This document shows, in pieces, positions 40,334 to 52,198 of a stretch of 64,000 nt of DNA. Positions within the stretch are counted from its first letter, which is position 1. Each line of letters opens with the position of its first letter. A program made the translations under genes and the position numbers. The notes beneath the pieces were generated by a model. The model ran no database searches and had not been told where the DNA came from. It was given only the letters and a program-made list of their open reading frames with translations. The DNA is from Octopus vulgaris (taxonomy: Eukaryota): NCBI GenBank assembly GCA_951406725.2, contig OX597822.1:23498001-23562000 (forward strand), written 5' to 3'.

Positions 40334-43300
40334 TGCATACACGCGCTCACACGTACACACAGAAAGAAAAACCACGTTACGCGGACGAAAACAAAACAAA
40401 AACAAAGCGATTTTTCACGAACAAACGCAAAAAAGAGAAAATTGGTCACTGAATTTAGAAAGTCACTACACAGTTATGCCCGGAAACATGACTACCAAAA
40501 GAAATAGAGGCGAATTTCGATATGTAAGTCTTATGCGAGTTCGATATGAACAATATATTAATTCGGAGAATTCAGAAGCGGTGTTTTGTCAAAAAACTGA
40601 CCCTGTCACCGTCACAGAAGCGGCGTCTTGTCAAAAAGTTGACTCTGAAAAAATGGACCCCTCTGATGTCGCCGTCAATCATTTAATGAAAACAAGCCAA
40701 AAATCATGCCGGATCGGTCATCGCCCGGGACAACAAGGACCGCGTTACCCAGTAGGGAACCAGACTGGGGTCGAAAAGTTTGCTGCTGGAACAAACTCTC
40801 AAAAAGACGATCTACCAGGTGACCAGAACCAGAATACTTCTAACTCTGGACTTGTAGTGACACCACCAAAAACACCACCTAAAGCAAAACGTATAAAATG
40901 GACCAGAGAGGACTATAGAGATGTGTTGAAAGCTTTTTATACAGCCCAACTAAACCCAAACAATAACCTCAGTGTACAAACATACATCTCATGGAGAAAT
41001 TCAGTAGGCAATGACGTACGTAGATATATAGACGCAAATAAATTAAGTAATGTACGCAGAGATATAATTAAAAACAAAAGACTAACTGACGCTGAAATTG
41101 ACAAAATTAGGACACTGATAGCTCATGGTAGACCAAAAGAAAACAGCAACAATGTAGACGAAATAGGTAACAGTAGCACAGAAGCCAGTGTACAAGCGGC
41201 AAATCAACTTCCCAATGGGGAAGTTAAACAAAGAATAGCGAAGACGAGAGATTTGAAAAAAGAGGAGAACGTAGACCTTCCTCAAGAAAACCCAAATAGA
41301 TATGACATAGAATTTGAGGTGAATAATAGAGAAAAGATTATGGAAGCAAAAGTGGACATTATGAGAGAACTCGGCAAGATTGAGCTCACTGACATGGTTA
41401 ATAGAGAACCACTACCAAAGTTTTCAAATGGCACAAGAAATAACAACACAATCATGACATATAACGTTGCCCTAGGACAGATCTTAAGAAATAAGGGGAA
41501 TGATTTGACAACCTTAAATAATCTCATTTATTCCACTGCTAAAGTAGTAACTACCCAACTAGGTATTAAGATGACAAAGAAAAAGGCCAGGCATGTCAAT
41601 GAACCTCCTAAGTGGAAAGTAGCGATACAAAAAGAGATTGAATCTCTGCGGGCAGATGTTTCAGTTCTCGATGAGCTTGCTAGAGGAGTGAATATTAAGC
41701 CGAGAAAAGCTAGAAAAATCAAGCAAAAATATAAAATCAAAGATCTCATAAACCTCCCTGCAACTAAGGAACTGTTGAAACAACGGATACAGTTGAAAGC
41801 TCAACGGCTTAGAAGGTATGACAAAAGAAACAAATTTTATCGACAAAATAAATTTTTTAAGACAGATGCAAAGAAATTTTATAGGGAAATTGGCAAAAAT
41901 AAAATACACATAGAAGATCCACCTAAGATTGAGGAAGTGGAGGAGTTCTGGAAGAAGGTATGGAGCAACGAAAAAGAGTTTAATGCTGAGGCTGACTGGA
42001 TAGAACGTGAGAAAGAGAGACTGGATGAACTTGAAGAACAGAAATGGGAAGCAATAGGAATAGAGGAGCTAAGGTGTGTCCTTAGGAAGGCTCATAAATG
42101 GAAAACCCCAGGACTGGATCGGATCCCTAACTTCTGGCTGAATTGTTTGACAGAGGTACACGAACATCTCGCTGCATCTCTGTCTGATGTCATTCAGAAC
42201 CCAGAGCAAATACCTGCTTGGCTGACTGAAGGAACCACCTACCTATTACCTAAAACCGAAGACACAAAAAACCCAAAGAATTACCGGCCAATAACATGTC
42301 TCAACACCACCTACAAAATCCTCACATCCATAATAACGGAGAGAATGTACGCTTTCCTTGAACAAAATTCTATCCTTCCACAAGCTCAAAAAGGTTGTAA
42401 AAGAAACTCTTATGGGTGCAAAGACCAATTGCTCATAAACAGAATGATTGTAGAGAATTGCCGGAGCAAAAACAAAAACCTGAGTATGGCATGGATAGAC
42501 TACAGGAAAGCGTATGACAGTGTCCCACATAAATGGATACTCAAGGCCCTTGAGATATACAAGATCTCCCCTGTCGTCTCAAAATTCTTAGAGAATAGCA
42601 TGACCATGTGGAACACACGTCTCTTTCTAAGCCATAGTAATGGGATGAGCCAGTCCAACAGCATCAACATCAAACGAGGCATCTTTCAAGGTGACTCCCT
42701 CTCTCCATTACTTTTTTGCATGGCACTGATCCCACTCTCAAACGAATTGGATAGTGCCAGATATGGGTACAAAGTTTTTAGCAAGTTAATAAACCACCTT
42801 TTTTATATGGACGATCTAAAGCTGTTTGCCAAGAATGACCAAGAGCTAGAAGGACTGCTAACAACTGTTAAAGAGTTTAGCAATGATATCGGAATGGATT
42901 TTGGCCTTGATAAGTGTGCTAAAGCAACTTTTGTAAGAGGCAAGCTCAGGCAAACAGCTTCTGTTAAATTAGATATTGACACTACCATCAAGGAACTTGA
43001 CCCACAAGAAAGCTACAAATACCTAGGAATCAACGAAGGAGATGGTATACATCATGCTACTATGAAGGAAAAAATAAGAAAGGAGTACTATAGGAGAATA
43101 AGGCTTGTACTGAAGACTGAACTCAACTCCAAAAATTGCATTGAGGCCATTAACACCCTGGCACTTCCAGTAGTCCAGTACAGTTTTAACATCATTAACT
43201 GGAACCTTACGGAACTCCAACGCTTGGACAGGAAGACAAGAAAGTTACTGACATCCAGGAGCATGCACCACCCTAAGGCAGATGTAGACCGCTTGTACCT

Positions 43301-44507
43301 ACCTAGAAGCAGCGGGGGGAGAGGAATGATGCAATTGGAGCTGTGCTATAAGACCTCTACTGTAGGAATGAACAGGTACCTATCTAGTACAAAAGACTGG
43401 ATGCTGCGACTTGTGTGTGAACACGAAAGCAGCAAAAGGCTGCATTCTATTGTCAAGGAAGCTTATAAGTTCGAAAGGGAACTAGGCATTAACCTTGAAT
43501 CAGGTGAAGAGCCAGAAACCACTGCTACCAAGCAAGCAAAGCGAATCAGGCAGACTGCAAAAAAGAATGGGCAGAATCAAATTGAGAGGCGGTGGAGCCA
43601 GAAGCCCCTGCATGGACAATACATTCTCCGAAGCCAAAATGCTGATGTAGACCAAGCAACAACCCATCAGTGGCTGAAGAGTTCTGGATTGAAAGCAGAG
43701 ACTGAAGGCTTCATAATGACAGCACAAGATCAAAGCTTGTTTACCAGAAATTACCAGGCTAACGTTCTCCGAAACGGTACTGACCCTAAATGCAGATTCT
43801 GTGACACATTTGACGAAACAATAGACCATCTCGTTTCGGGATGTCCTGTGCTGACACCAAACGAATACAAAAATCGCCACGATAGGGTAGGACAGTATAT
43901 ACATTGGAAGATATGTAAACACTACAAATCCGACACTCCTGCTAACTGGTATGAACACCATCCTCAGCCAGTTGTTGAAGGTAAAGATGTCACCATCCTC
44001 TGGGATTTTCCAGTCAACACTGACAGAACGATCAAAGCTAATCGACCAGACATAATTGTTAAAGACAGGGAAGAAAATACCTGCAGACTAATAGAAGTAA
44101 GCGTCCCCACTGATAAAAATGTATCTGTCAAGGAATTTGACAAACTTAGTAAATATAAGGACCTGGAAATCGAAATACAGAGGATGTGGAATCTTAAAAC
44201 AAAAACTGTTCCTGTTATTGTAGGTGCCCTAGGTATGATAAAAAAGGGATGTCAGAAACACCTAGACAATATCCCTGGAAAACCATGTCTCAAGGAAATC
44301 CAAAAGATTGTGCTAACAAGTACTGCCCACATCCTTAGAAAAACCCTATCAATGTAAATGTTTGTGTTTGTATTACATGGAGATATTTCTCTACTTCCCC
44401 TCCCCAAGCTTTCAGCTATATTTCAACAACTCTTAACCTTCACTTGCCCTAGGGCGCTGGGTGTGCCCCGGCAGGTGATTGCATCAAACATGCAGATTAA
44501 AAGTAAA
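40334..44507 (+). mobile_element. Apparently full-length R4/Dong-clade non-LTR retrotransposon inserted in (TAA)n
   Basis: About 140-nt 5' UTR, single 1293-aa ORF, about 150-nt 3' UTR; TAA arrays on both sides; no poly(A). Confidence 0.92.
40476..44357 (+). CDS. Retrotransposon polyprotein: Myb-like N-terminus, reverse transcriptase, CCHC zinc knuckle, restriction-like (PD-D/ExK) endonuclease
   Basis: KWTREDY...LSNVRRDI; KTPGLDRIPNFWL, NYRPITCL, QKGC, IDYRKAYDSVPH, RGIFQGDSLSPLLF, FYMDDLKLF, FGLDKCA, YKYLG; CRFC..ETIDHLVSGC; RHD; NRPDIIV..IEVSVP..KLSKYKDL. Confidence 0.95.
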   Translation: MPGNMTTKRNRGEFRYVSLMRVRYEQYINSENSEAVFCQKTDPVTVTEAASCQKVDSEKMDPSDVAVNHLMKTSQKSCRIGHRPGQQGPRYPVGNQTGVEKFAAGTNSQKDDLPGDQNQNTSNSGLVVTPPKTPPKAKRIKWTREDYRDVLKAFYTAQLNPNNNLSVQTYISWRNSVGNDVRRYIDANKLSNVRRDIIKNKRLTDAEIDKIRTLIAHGRPKENSNNVDEIGNSSTEASVQAANQLPNGEVKQRIAKTRDLKKEENVDLPQENPNRYDIEFEVNNREKIMEAKVDIMRELGKIELTDMVNREPLPKFSNGTRNNNTIMTYNVALGQILRNKGNDLTTLNNLIYSTAKVVTTQLGIKMTKKKARHVNEPPKWKVAIQKEIESLRADVSVLDELARGVNIKPRKARKIKQKYKIKDLINLPATKELLKQRIQLKAQRLRRYDKRNKFYRQNKFFKTDAKKFYREIGKNKIHIEDPPKIEEVEEFWKKVWSNEKEFNAEADWIEREKERLDELEEQKWEAIGIEELRCVLRKAHKWKTPGLDRIPNFWLNCLTEVHEHLAASLSDVIQNPEQIPAWLTEGTTYLLPKTEDTKNPKNYRPITCLNTTYKILTSIITERMYAFLEQNSILPQAQKGCKRNSYGCKDQLLINRMIVENCRSKNKNLSMAWIDYRKAYDSVPHKWILKALEIYKISPVVSKFLENSMTMWNTRLFLSHSNGMSQSNSINIKRGIFQGDSLSPLLFCMALIPLSNELDSARYGYKVFSKLINHLFYMDDLKLFAKNDQELEGLLTTVKEFSNDIGMDFGLDKCAKATFVRGKLRQTASVKLDIDTTIKELDPQESYKYLGINEGDGIHHATMKEKIRKEYYRRIRLVLKTELNSKNCIEAINTLALPVVQYSFNIINWNLTELQRLDRKTRKLLTSRSMHHPKADVDRLYLPRSSGGRGMMQLELCYKTSTVGMNRYLSSTKDWMLRLVCEHESSKRLHSIVKEAYKFERELGINLESGEEPETTATKQAKRIRQTAKKNGQNQIERRWSQKPLHGQYILRSQNADVDQATTHQWLKSSGLKAETEGFIMTAQDQSLFTRNYQANVLRNGTDPKCRFCDTFDETIDHLVSGCPVLTPNEYKNRHDRVGQYIHWKICKHYKSDTPANWYEHHPQPVVEGKDVTILWDFPVNTDRTIKANRPDIIVKDREENTCRLIEVSVPTDKNVSVKEFDKLSKYKDLEIEIQRMWNLKTKTVPVIVGALGMIKKGCQKHLDNIPGKPCLKEIQKIVLTSTAHILRKTLSM

Positions 44508-44509
44508 TG

Positions 44510-44544
<35 letters not shown>

Positions 44545-45712
44545 TGATCTGCTTTATGTAGATTGTAGAATATTAAATGAGGTACGAGTAAGGGAGAAGA
44601 ATTTAGCGGTTGTATGGATTGTTTACAGGAAGGCTTATGACAATGTCCTACACAGCGGCCACTTGGAGAGTCTGAGGATGCTTCGAGTCAATGAGAAGAT
44701 AAACATGATTTTGGAGAAAGTAATGAGAAGTAGAACTGTGGTGAGCAAATGAATCGCAAGGCAACGTGAAAATACGCAGGAGCATCTTGCAGGGAACACG
44801 CTCTCTCCATTACTCTTCGACATTGCGCTAATCCCTCTGACAAGTATACTGAGAAAAGCCAGGCAGGCCTGTGTGTTTGCCAAATCCAGGATGAGAATAA
44901 ATCACCCACTTTATATGGATGATCTCAAGCTGTATACAAAAAATGAGAAAAGGAAGAACAACAGAACGTTGAGGTATATGGCCAATTTGTGCAACTAATC
45001 GAGAATGTTGGAAGTAAAGATTGCTTGCTCTGGTTGTCGGACAGGAACTTGAAGCAAGAGACAGAAACGTAATTATAATTCCTCAAGAACAAGCCCGTAG
45101 AACAAATCTGATAAAAGCAAAGATCGACAAAACTCAGACAGCAAATGCAGGAAATGAGAGGGAAGTATCAATCAACGTTTGAGTGAATGCGGTATTCTAG
45201 CACTAAAGGTAAATAAGCAGAGATATGACTGCTTAAGCAAAAGAGTGCATTTGGATGTCAGCATGTAGCTTCAAAACAACAGAAAAGTGATATGAACACG
45301 AACTTGAGGCTGTGATAGAAAATGAGAATTACAGGGTCTTGTGGGACTTCCTCATAAACACTGATCTTACTATTGAAGCAAAAAAAAAAGGGATATGATT
45401 ATTGAGGACACAGTAAACAGTGTAAGGTCAAACATTTTGTAATTCCATTTCATAGCAGAGTTGATACCAAAGAAATTGAAATAATTGAAAAATATCAGGA
45501 TCTAACCAGCGAGCTGAAGAAACTGGAAGACCAAGACCCAAAATGATGCCTAAAAGACTAAAAGAGATTGGAATTGAAACTCACATTGTTGACCCGCAGA
45601 AAAGAACTATCCCAAATACTGCAAGAATCCTAAGGCAGATTCTTGAGATTTGGGGAGACTTGTCACCAAACATCAAGACAAAATAATAACTAAATTAACG
45701 TGCACTAGCGCA
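44545..45712 (+). pseudogene. Old, internally deleted Dong-like element (third family)
   Basis: NLAVVWIVYRKAYDNVLH, QGNTLSPLLF, YMDDLKLY, VLWDF, EKYQDL with many frameshifts; directly follows the TAA tail of the intact element. Confidence 0.8.
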
Positions 45713-45869
45713 ATAATCCTTTGTGATATAGGTAGAAGGACTGAAATTGGATTGGGGCAGGAGATTAATCAATTATAGCTACCCCAGAACTCGACAGGTA
45801 CTTATTTTATCGACCTCGAAATGATGAAAGGCAAAGTCGACCTCAGCAGAATTTGAGCAGATTTGTAAA

Positions 45870-46330
45870 GTCTTAAAGCCTTAAAGAATTGTCTGACGAT
45901 TTTTGAAAGCTTTATATCTTGGTGTTGATGTTTTCTTTTCTCGCGGAATAAAAGTTCTAGCAGGTATGCACTTCCAGAAAAGTGCAGTCTCATCAACATT
46001 GTATACTTGCTCTGATGTGTATCCTTCTTCAGAAATCATTTTCTTCAACTGTTCAAGATAATTAGTAGCAGCCTCTGTATCAGCGATCATAGTTTCACCA
46101 GTCATTTTTGTGTTGTGCAAATTCGTGTGCTTCATAAACCTTTCAAACCAGCCTTTATAAGTCAAAAAAAAGTTTTTCATTTGAAGTTCCACATTCCTTT
46201 TCTCGGCAAATCGACATATAAACTTTTGACTCTTTTTCCTAATTACGATCGTAGTTATCGTCATATTACGTCGTTTCTTGTCCATACGCCCAAGTGTCGT
46301 TACATTTTAATCATTACATTAGATCTAAGG
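45870..46330 (-). pseudogene. Tigger/pogo-type transposase fragment
   Basis: KGWFERF..LHNTKMTGE..AD..AA...GYTSEQVYNVDETALFWK. Confidence 0.85.
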
Positions 46331-47760
46331 AAAAATGTCAGGACAGTTAACCGAATAGCATCTTGAACACTTGACATAATTTTCTCTCTACTGTCATGTA
46401 TTGTTCTCCCTATAGACGTTGCAAGATATGTTTTGGCAAATCCAGTTTTACTTTTGCATCAAGTCTTTTTAAAATATTAAGTTTAATACCCAGAGTAATC
46501 TTTTTACGGTTCCTTCTCGACAAACTGACTTCAGGTCTACTTGACAGCTTTTCTCCAGAAATCTTAAATTGAGGCAAATCCAACAGTAGCGGCGATTAAT
46601 AACCCTCAACAAATATGTAGTAAAAATAAATTGGTCCAGGAAAGATTTGCTTTCTGAGAGCAGAAGATTGTCGTATAACATTCATACACACATTCACAGT
46701 TACAAACAATCAGACAAACAGGCAGACAGAGACAGACAGACGCACACACACACACATGCATTCACACATACACTCATGCATGCACAAGTGTTAGCACGCG
46801 AGCAGTCTGTTGTAGCCAACTGAGTTCAAAAGTCAGTGGGTTGATAGTGATGATGATGTTGGTTGCATTGGTTTCGATGTTTACTGATGCTGGGTAGGCG
46901 TTGTTGGTGTTTTTAGTGGCCATGTTGTCGATGCTAACTGTATTGTGGCTGTTTAGTTAGAAGTCAACCCTCGTAAACCTAAGATCAAAGACAAATCATT
47001 CAACTTTTAAAATACACTAGGATACCACATCGTATATATTTTTATTTGAAATGGATTTGGAAGTGGCCATTGTGCTAAGAAGAAAGAGCAGTTTTACATA
47101 GTTGACAAATTAAAACTACGCAATACTAGTTTCGGTGAAAGCGAAATTACAGACAGATTCCTGGAATTAACGGTCATACTTTACAATTTTCGAAAGTGCG
47201 AAACTCCGTAACCCGAGGAAGCCGTAACGCGAGGAAAGTGTGTGTATATATATATATATATAGGCGTACGAATGGTTGTGTGGTAAGGAGCTTACTTACC
47301 AGCCACATGGTTCCGGGTTCAGTCCCACAGCGTGACACTTTTGGCAAGTGTCTTCTACTATAACCCCAAGCCGAACAAAGCCTTGTGAGTGGAATTGGAA
47401 GAGGGAAACTGAAAGAAGCCCGTCGTATATATATGTGTGTGTGTGTATGTGTGTTTGTCCCCCTACCAACGCTTGACACCCGAAGCTGGTGTGTTTACGT
47501 CCCCGTAACACAGCGGTTCGACGAAAGTACTAGGCTTATAAAGAATAAGTTCTAGGATCGACCTAACTCCAGGACGAAAGCCGTGGGGAGTTGTCCACAT
47601 TTTCGGAAATCTTTACATCAAAATTGGAGAACCTAGCTATCAAGCAAAGGAAGACAACTCGCCCGGCCATATTTTTAAAGAGGATTATTTCTTGAACATT
47701 TTCACCGGCGTTCTTGTGTTTTAAAACAAACATTCTTTGCAGAGAAGGGTTACTGTTTAG

Positions 47761-47815
47761 AGAAACTGAAGAGATGTCTAGTTCACGCTAGATATGAAAC
47801 CAACGGTTTATTTCT
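47761..47815 (+). ncRNA. Hammerhead-like motif
   Basis: AGAAA-CTGAAGA-g-ATGTCTAG-ttcacg-CTAGATAT-GAAA-cc-aac-gg-TT-ta-TTTCT; 2 extra nt before the 3' strand of stem I. Confidence 0.6.
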
Positions 47816-47959
47816 TAACTTACGTTACACATACACTGAAGAAAGAAAACTTCGAATGACCCGTCATCGTTTTCTTTGTATCGCCCATCTGGATGTTTTG
47901 TTGTCCCATTTTTGTATCACCTAACTGTCCGAAATGTTTTGCATTCTAGTCCCATTTTG

Positions 47960-47991
<32 letters not shown>

Positions 47992-48044
47992 GGAGAAAAA
48001 AAAGTCAAGGTAGAAAATGCTAAAATAATTTTTTAAAAACATTT

Positions 48045-48080
48045 CAGTACCGGTTTCAGTCATTGAGATATTTTCAACTG
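48045..48080 (-). ncRNA. Hammerhead-like motif with U3:A8 variant core
   Basis: CAG-TTGAAAA-tatctcaatgact-GAAA-ccgg-TA-CTG; stem II eroded. Confidence 0.5.
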
Positions 48081-48393
48081 TAGCAATTAAACAATTAAAC
48101 TTAGAAAATATAAAGAGAAAGAGAAAGAGAGAGAACAGGAAAAGGTTTAGTGATCCAAACTGGTGTGCTGTATAAGTGCTCCAATTGATAAGCCAATTGG
48201 ATCTAAGTTCACAACGGGGGCCGGAGCTGGGGATCCGCAGCCTACTTCCGAGTCAGCAGGTATAAATTAAAGGAAGAGGAAAACAAAACCAAGGCAGGAC
48301 AATCTTATCAGATCATTTAAATAATCTTAATTATATATAAATACATACACACACACATAAATATATACATACATATATATATATATGTATATA

Positions 48394-48462
<69 letters not shown>

Positions 48463-48542
48463 GCCTTCATATATATATACGTATATGCATGTACATATAC
48501 CTATATAGATATATACATACATACACATACACACGCACACAC

Positions 48543-48596
<54 letters not shown>

Positions 48597-48599
48597 ATC

Positions 48600-49070
48600 C
48601 ATCTGTCTTCGCTGACCATTATTCCTGTGAGGGTGATAGGAGTAATGTTTTCAGGCACCTCCACTAATGGGTCCTACAGATATTATGCAACTCTCACGTT
48701 CTTGGTCTACCCCTAAGGTCTACTACCGGTTGGATCAGGTTGAAGAATTCGTCTTGCGATTCTTTTTTGCGGCATTCTAATCCCGTGTTCGCAGTAGCAG
48801 AACTGTGATTTCTCAATGCAGAGAAGTAGGGGTGCGGTTCGATCTGGGGAGAGAGCCTGCTCTACGAGCCACACAATCAGTCGATAAACGTTGCTCCATA
48901 GAGCCCTCGAATGAACCCAATTCGACTTCTTACAGAGTATTTTGCTCGTGTTTTAATTGACAGTATAACTTTAAAATCATAACTGCTCTCTCTGTGCTTC
49001 CATACATCTGTCGTCCGTCGCGACTGTCTCATTAAAATCTGACGAAGTGTTTTAAATACTATTACCTCCC
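48600..49070 (-). mobile_element. RTE-clade LINE 3' remnant
   Basis: Degenerate ILQPDPTGSRP.GRPRT C-terminal motif typical of RTE ORFs. Confidence 0.55.
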
Positions 49071-49101
49071 TTTCTTCATCCCCTCTCCTTTTCTCTCTCT
49101 C

Positions 49102-49150
<49 letters not shown>

Positions 49151-49745
49151 ACTTCTCAGTCACACTTTTATTGGATGTAATATGATACATTAGATGAGCA
49201 GTAATAGGCAGCACAGTAATAGTGAGATTGTCAAAGCTCATCTTACAACAGCTAACATTAGAAAAGAGATAAATATATATATATGAAAATGAAAATAAAA
49301 ATTAAAAATAATAAATAAAATGACAAAAATAAAAAAAATAAAAATTCCCGCCCAACCCATTCCACTCTGGAAGCCATTTTGTTTTAATGTTGTTTTTGCT
49401 AAGTGTTTTGACCTCCTGTTGAAACAGAATGCCCTCTGATCTGCTGATTATTGCTAATACTCAGAAGATAGATGAGACTGCGACACTTGTATACTTAATA
49501 AAGGAATTCTTATTTATTTATTCATTTATTTATAATATTTCTTTCTTTGTTATTTTGTTTTTAATTGACGATCCGTTATAAGATTTGTTTTTTTTTCTTT
49601 GTTTTATTTACTTATGTAGTGTATTTTTTAAAGCTTGTCATTTATTATTTCTGTTTATTGTTGCTACAGTTCATTTTTTTTATTCTGGAAGATCTTTATA
49701 ATTTTTATACTGATAAAAATGTTGACGTTGAAAAAAATACCGTAG

Positions 49746-49834
<89 letters not shown>

Positions 49835-50387
49835 ACGTGTGTGTGTTATATGTATATGTATGTATACATGCACACACATGCATTTCTATATACATGCAGA
49901 TATGCAAATGTTTGCATACACATACACATAAATATGCATTATCTGTAAATATATGCATATATATATACGTGTGTGTGTGTATGTGTCTATGTATATATAT
50001 ATATATATGTATATATGTATAAATGCATACACATACACATAAATATGCATTATCTGTAAATATATGCATATATATATGTGTGTGTGTATGTACGTATATG
50101 TGTGTTTATATATATATATTTATATATATATATATGTATACATGCATACACACACACACACACACACACATATGTTTACCGTATGTATGCATACATCTAT
50201 AAAATCTCTACTTATCTATACGCCCACACATGTACGCGCGCGCACACACGCACACATATAAACATTGTGATTGCTCTGTCATGGTGTGAAGGCGCGTGGC
50301 TTAGTGGTTAGCGTTGTTGCACTCTCGATCTTGTGATGATGGTTTCGATTCGCGAATCGGTCGGTGCGTTGTGTTTTTTGAGCAAAA

Positions 50388-50618
50388 TATTGGGTTGTCT
50401 GGAAAGTTGTCCGGAAAGTCCGTAACGGAAAGAAAAAGGTCAATAAATACTTGCCATTACATTTTTAATCAACCAAATATGAACCATTTTGTTGCACCAT
50501 GCGTCTCCATCTTTCCTTTAACTAGAAAATACTCTCTTCCCAGAATTGTGGTGCCTGGGAGGGTAAGTCGAAAAGTAAGCTACTATAAATCGGCACAAAC
50601 TTTCCGGACAACCCAATA
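50388..50618. mobile_element. Mariner-type MITE inserted in a tRNA-derived SINE (SINE head 50288-50387)
   Basis: TIRs TATTGGGTTGTCTGGAAAGT / ACTTTCCGGACAACCCAATA. Confidence 0.8.
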
Positions 50619-50717
50619 TTTCATTTCACCTTGCTCTGCGACCACTTTGCCGTCTGACGCGTGGTCTCTTTGCCCCTTGGTACTTACTTCACCGGTACTC
50701 TGATACTTGATTTTTAT

Positions 50718-50743
50718 CCTAACCCTAACCCTAACCCTAACCC
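50718..50743. repeat. Interstitial telomeric repeat (CCCTAA) x about 4 inside a Nin-domain SINE
   Basis: TTTTATC-CTAACCCTAACCCTAACCCTAA-CCCGAGAGGATGAAAGG versus TTTATCGACCCCGAAAGGATGAAAGG in other copies. Confidence 0.8.
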
Positions 50744-50904
50744 GAGAGGATGAAAGGCAAAGTTGATCAGAGAAAGACAAAATTTGGACGCAGAACGCAA
50801 AGATCAGGAACAAATACCACAGAGCATCTTCGACTCTCTAAAGAATCTGCCAAGGATGAACATGAAAATGGTGGCGACGATAATAATGATGACTATGGTA
50901 ATGG

Positions 50905-50935
<31 letters not shown>

Positions 50936-50960
50936 CGTTATTGATAATGAAAACGACAAC

Positions 50961-50995
<35 letters not shown>

Positions 50996-51574
50996 CGTTG
51001 GTAATAATGATGGTGTTGTTGTTGATGATGATGATGATGACTTCTTGCATAATAACCAAAACATAAATTAGAAATGCAAGGACGCATATGCATGATAAGT
51101 GATCATTATTTGTTCAATGATGGCGTTGTTGATATTGAAGGAATTAAATATAGGAGAATTATAACACGTATCTGATTACACCCACAAACGACCCAAAATG
51201 CCAATATATTAAAATCGTGACTCCAGATATGTATGATATTTTCAGACAGAAATATTTTTGCAACACTGTCGTAAGTGAGACTTACTCCACTTTTGAAAAA
51301 TGCTAAGCCGTTGTACTATACTTTGACAATTTTCAGATCTTGGCATCTGAAGCAGTTGAAGATACGACAGCTTGACCAAAAGAACCGGCTATTGCAAGCA
51401 AAATTAAATATGAAAAAACGCATTTGATCAAATTTGGAGAAGGAAGAAAAATAAAACTCTCTGATATGATGTATTTAAATCAATGACAGTTTTCTGATTA
51501 ACATAAAATGACATTCCTAACGATTTATATAAAGACTGTGTTTTAATTAATTTCTATGTCAATCACATAGCCTC

Positions 51575-52128
51575 CTTCCGACATATGGACAAAAGTAAAG
51601 CTACTAAGTTGGCTAGATACGTATGGACTTTGAAAGATAACAAAACACTGCATGGGATTAATTGGAAAGTAATTGAGAAATCCATACCTTATGTGAATGG
51701 ATTGAATAAATGTAGACTTTGTTTGGCTGAAAGAGAGCAGATCCTGTTCAGATCTAAGATCCCTAACTCTCTAATGAACTCTAGGTCAGAAACGTTCAGT
51801 AGTTGCATTCATATGTATAAATATATTTTGAAGAACAAGGAAAATACTGCCTATTCTTGACTGGTATCTTTCCAGTCTTATCATTTAGGGTCTAAGGGAG
51901 CTCTTTTACCTTTTTTACTTTTTGTCTTTTACGTTTCAGTTTCTGTTTTTCGTTTTCCGTTGTTTATTGTCTGCATTTTCTATATGCTGCATTCTGAATT
52001 TTTTCGCGTTTCCTCTGTCATTCAATTTCTTTATTTCGTTATGATATGTGGTATGTGTCTGAAGAATATATCTGAGTTTTCTCAACATATGAAACTATTC
52101 GTAGCGCTTTAATACATGTAGCGCTTTA

Positions 52129-52130
<2 letters not shown>
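51575..52130 (+). mobile_element. Penelope-like element 3' end: GIY-YIG C-terminus (ORF 51585-51860) plus pLTR with hammerhead-like motif at about 52055-52110
   Basis: KATKLARYVWTLKD..INWKVIEK..Y.NG..KCRLCLAE..ILF..LMNSRSE..SCIH; downstream CTGAAGA-stemII-GAAA-cta-ttcg-tag. Confidence 0.75.

Positions 52131-52198
<68 letters not shown>

Noticed and set aside
40334-40475. HDV-like ribozyme in the Dong 5' UTR, as in R2 elements
   Set aside because: The UTR is short and A-rich; I could not find a nested double pseudoknot by eye.
41082-43961. Short antisense ORFs inside the Dong ORF
   Set aside because: Shadow ORFs of the plus-strand coding sequence with no motifs.
47260-47340. tRNA-like sequences with A/B boxes (also 50288, 54130-54200, 56140)
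   Set aside because: SINE heads or decayed fragments without a complete cloverleaf; not called as tRNA genes.
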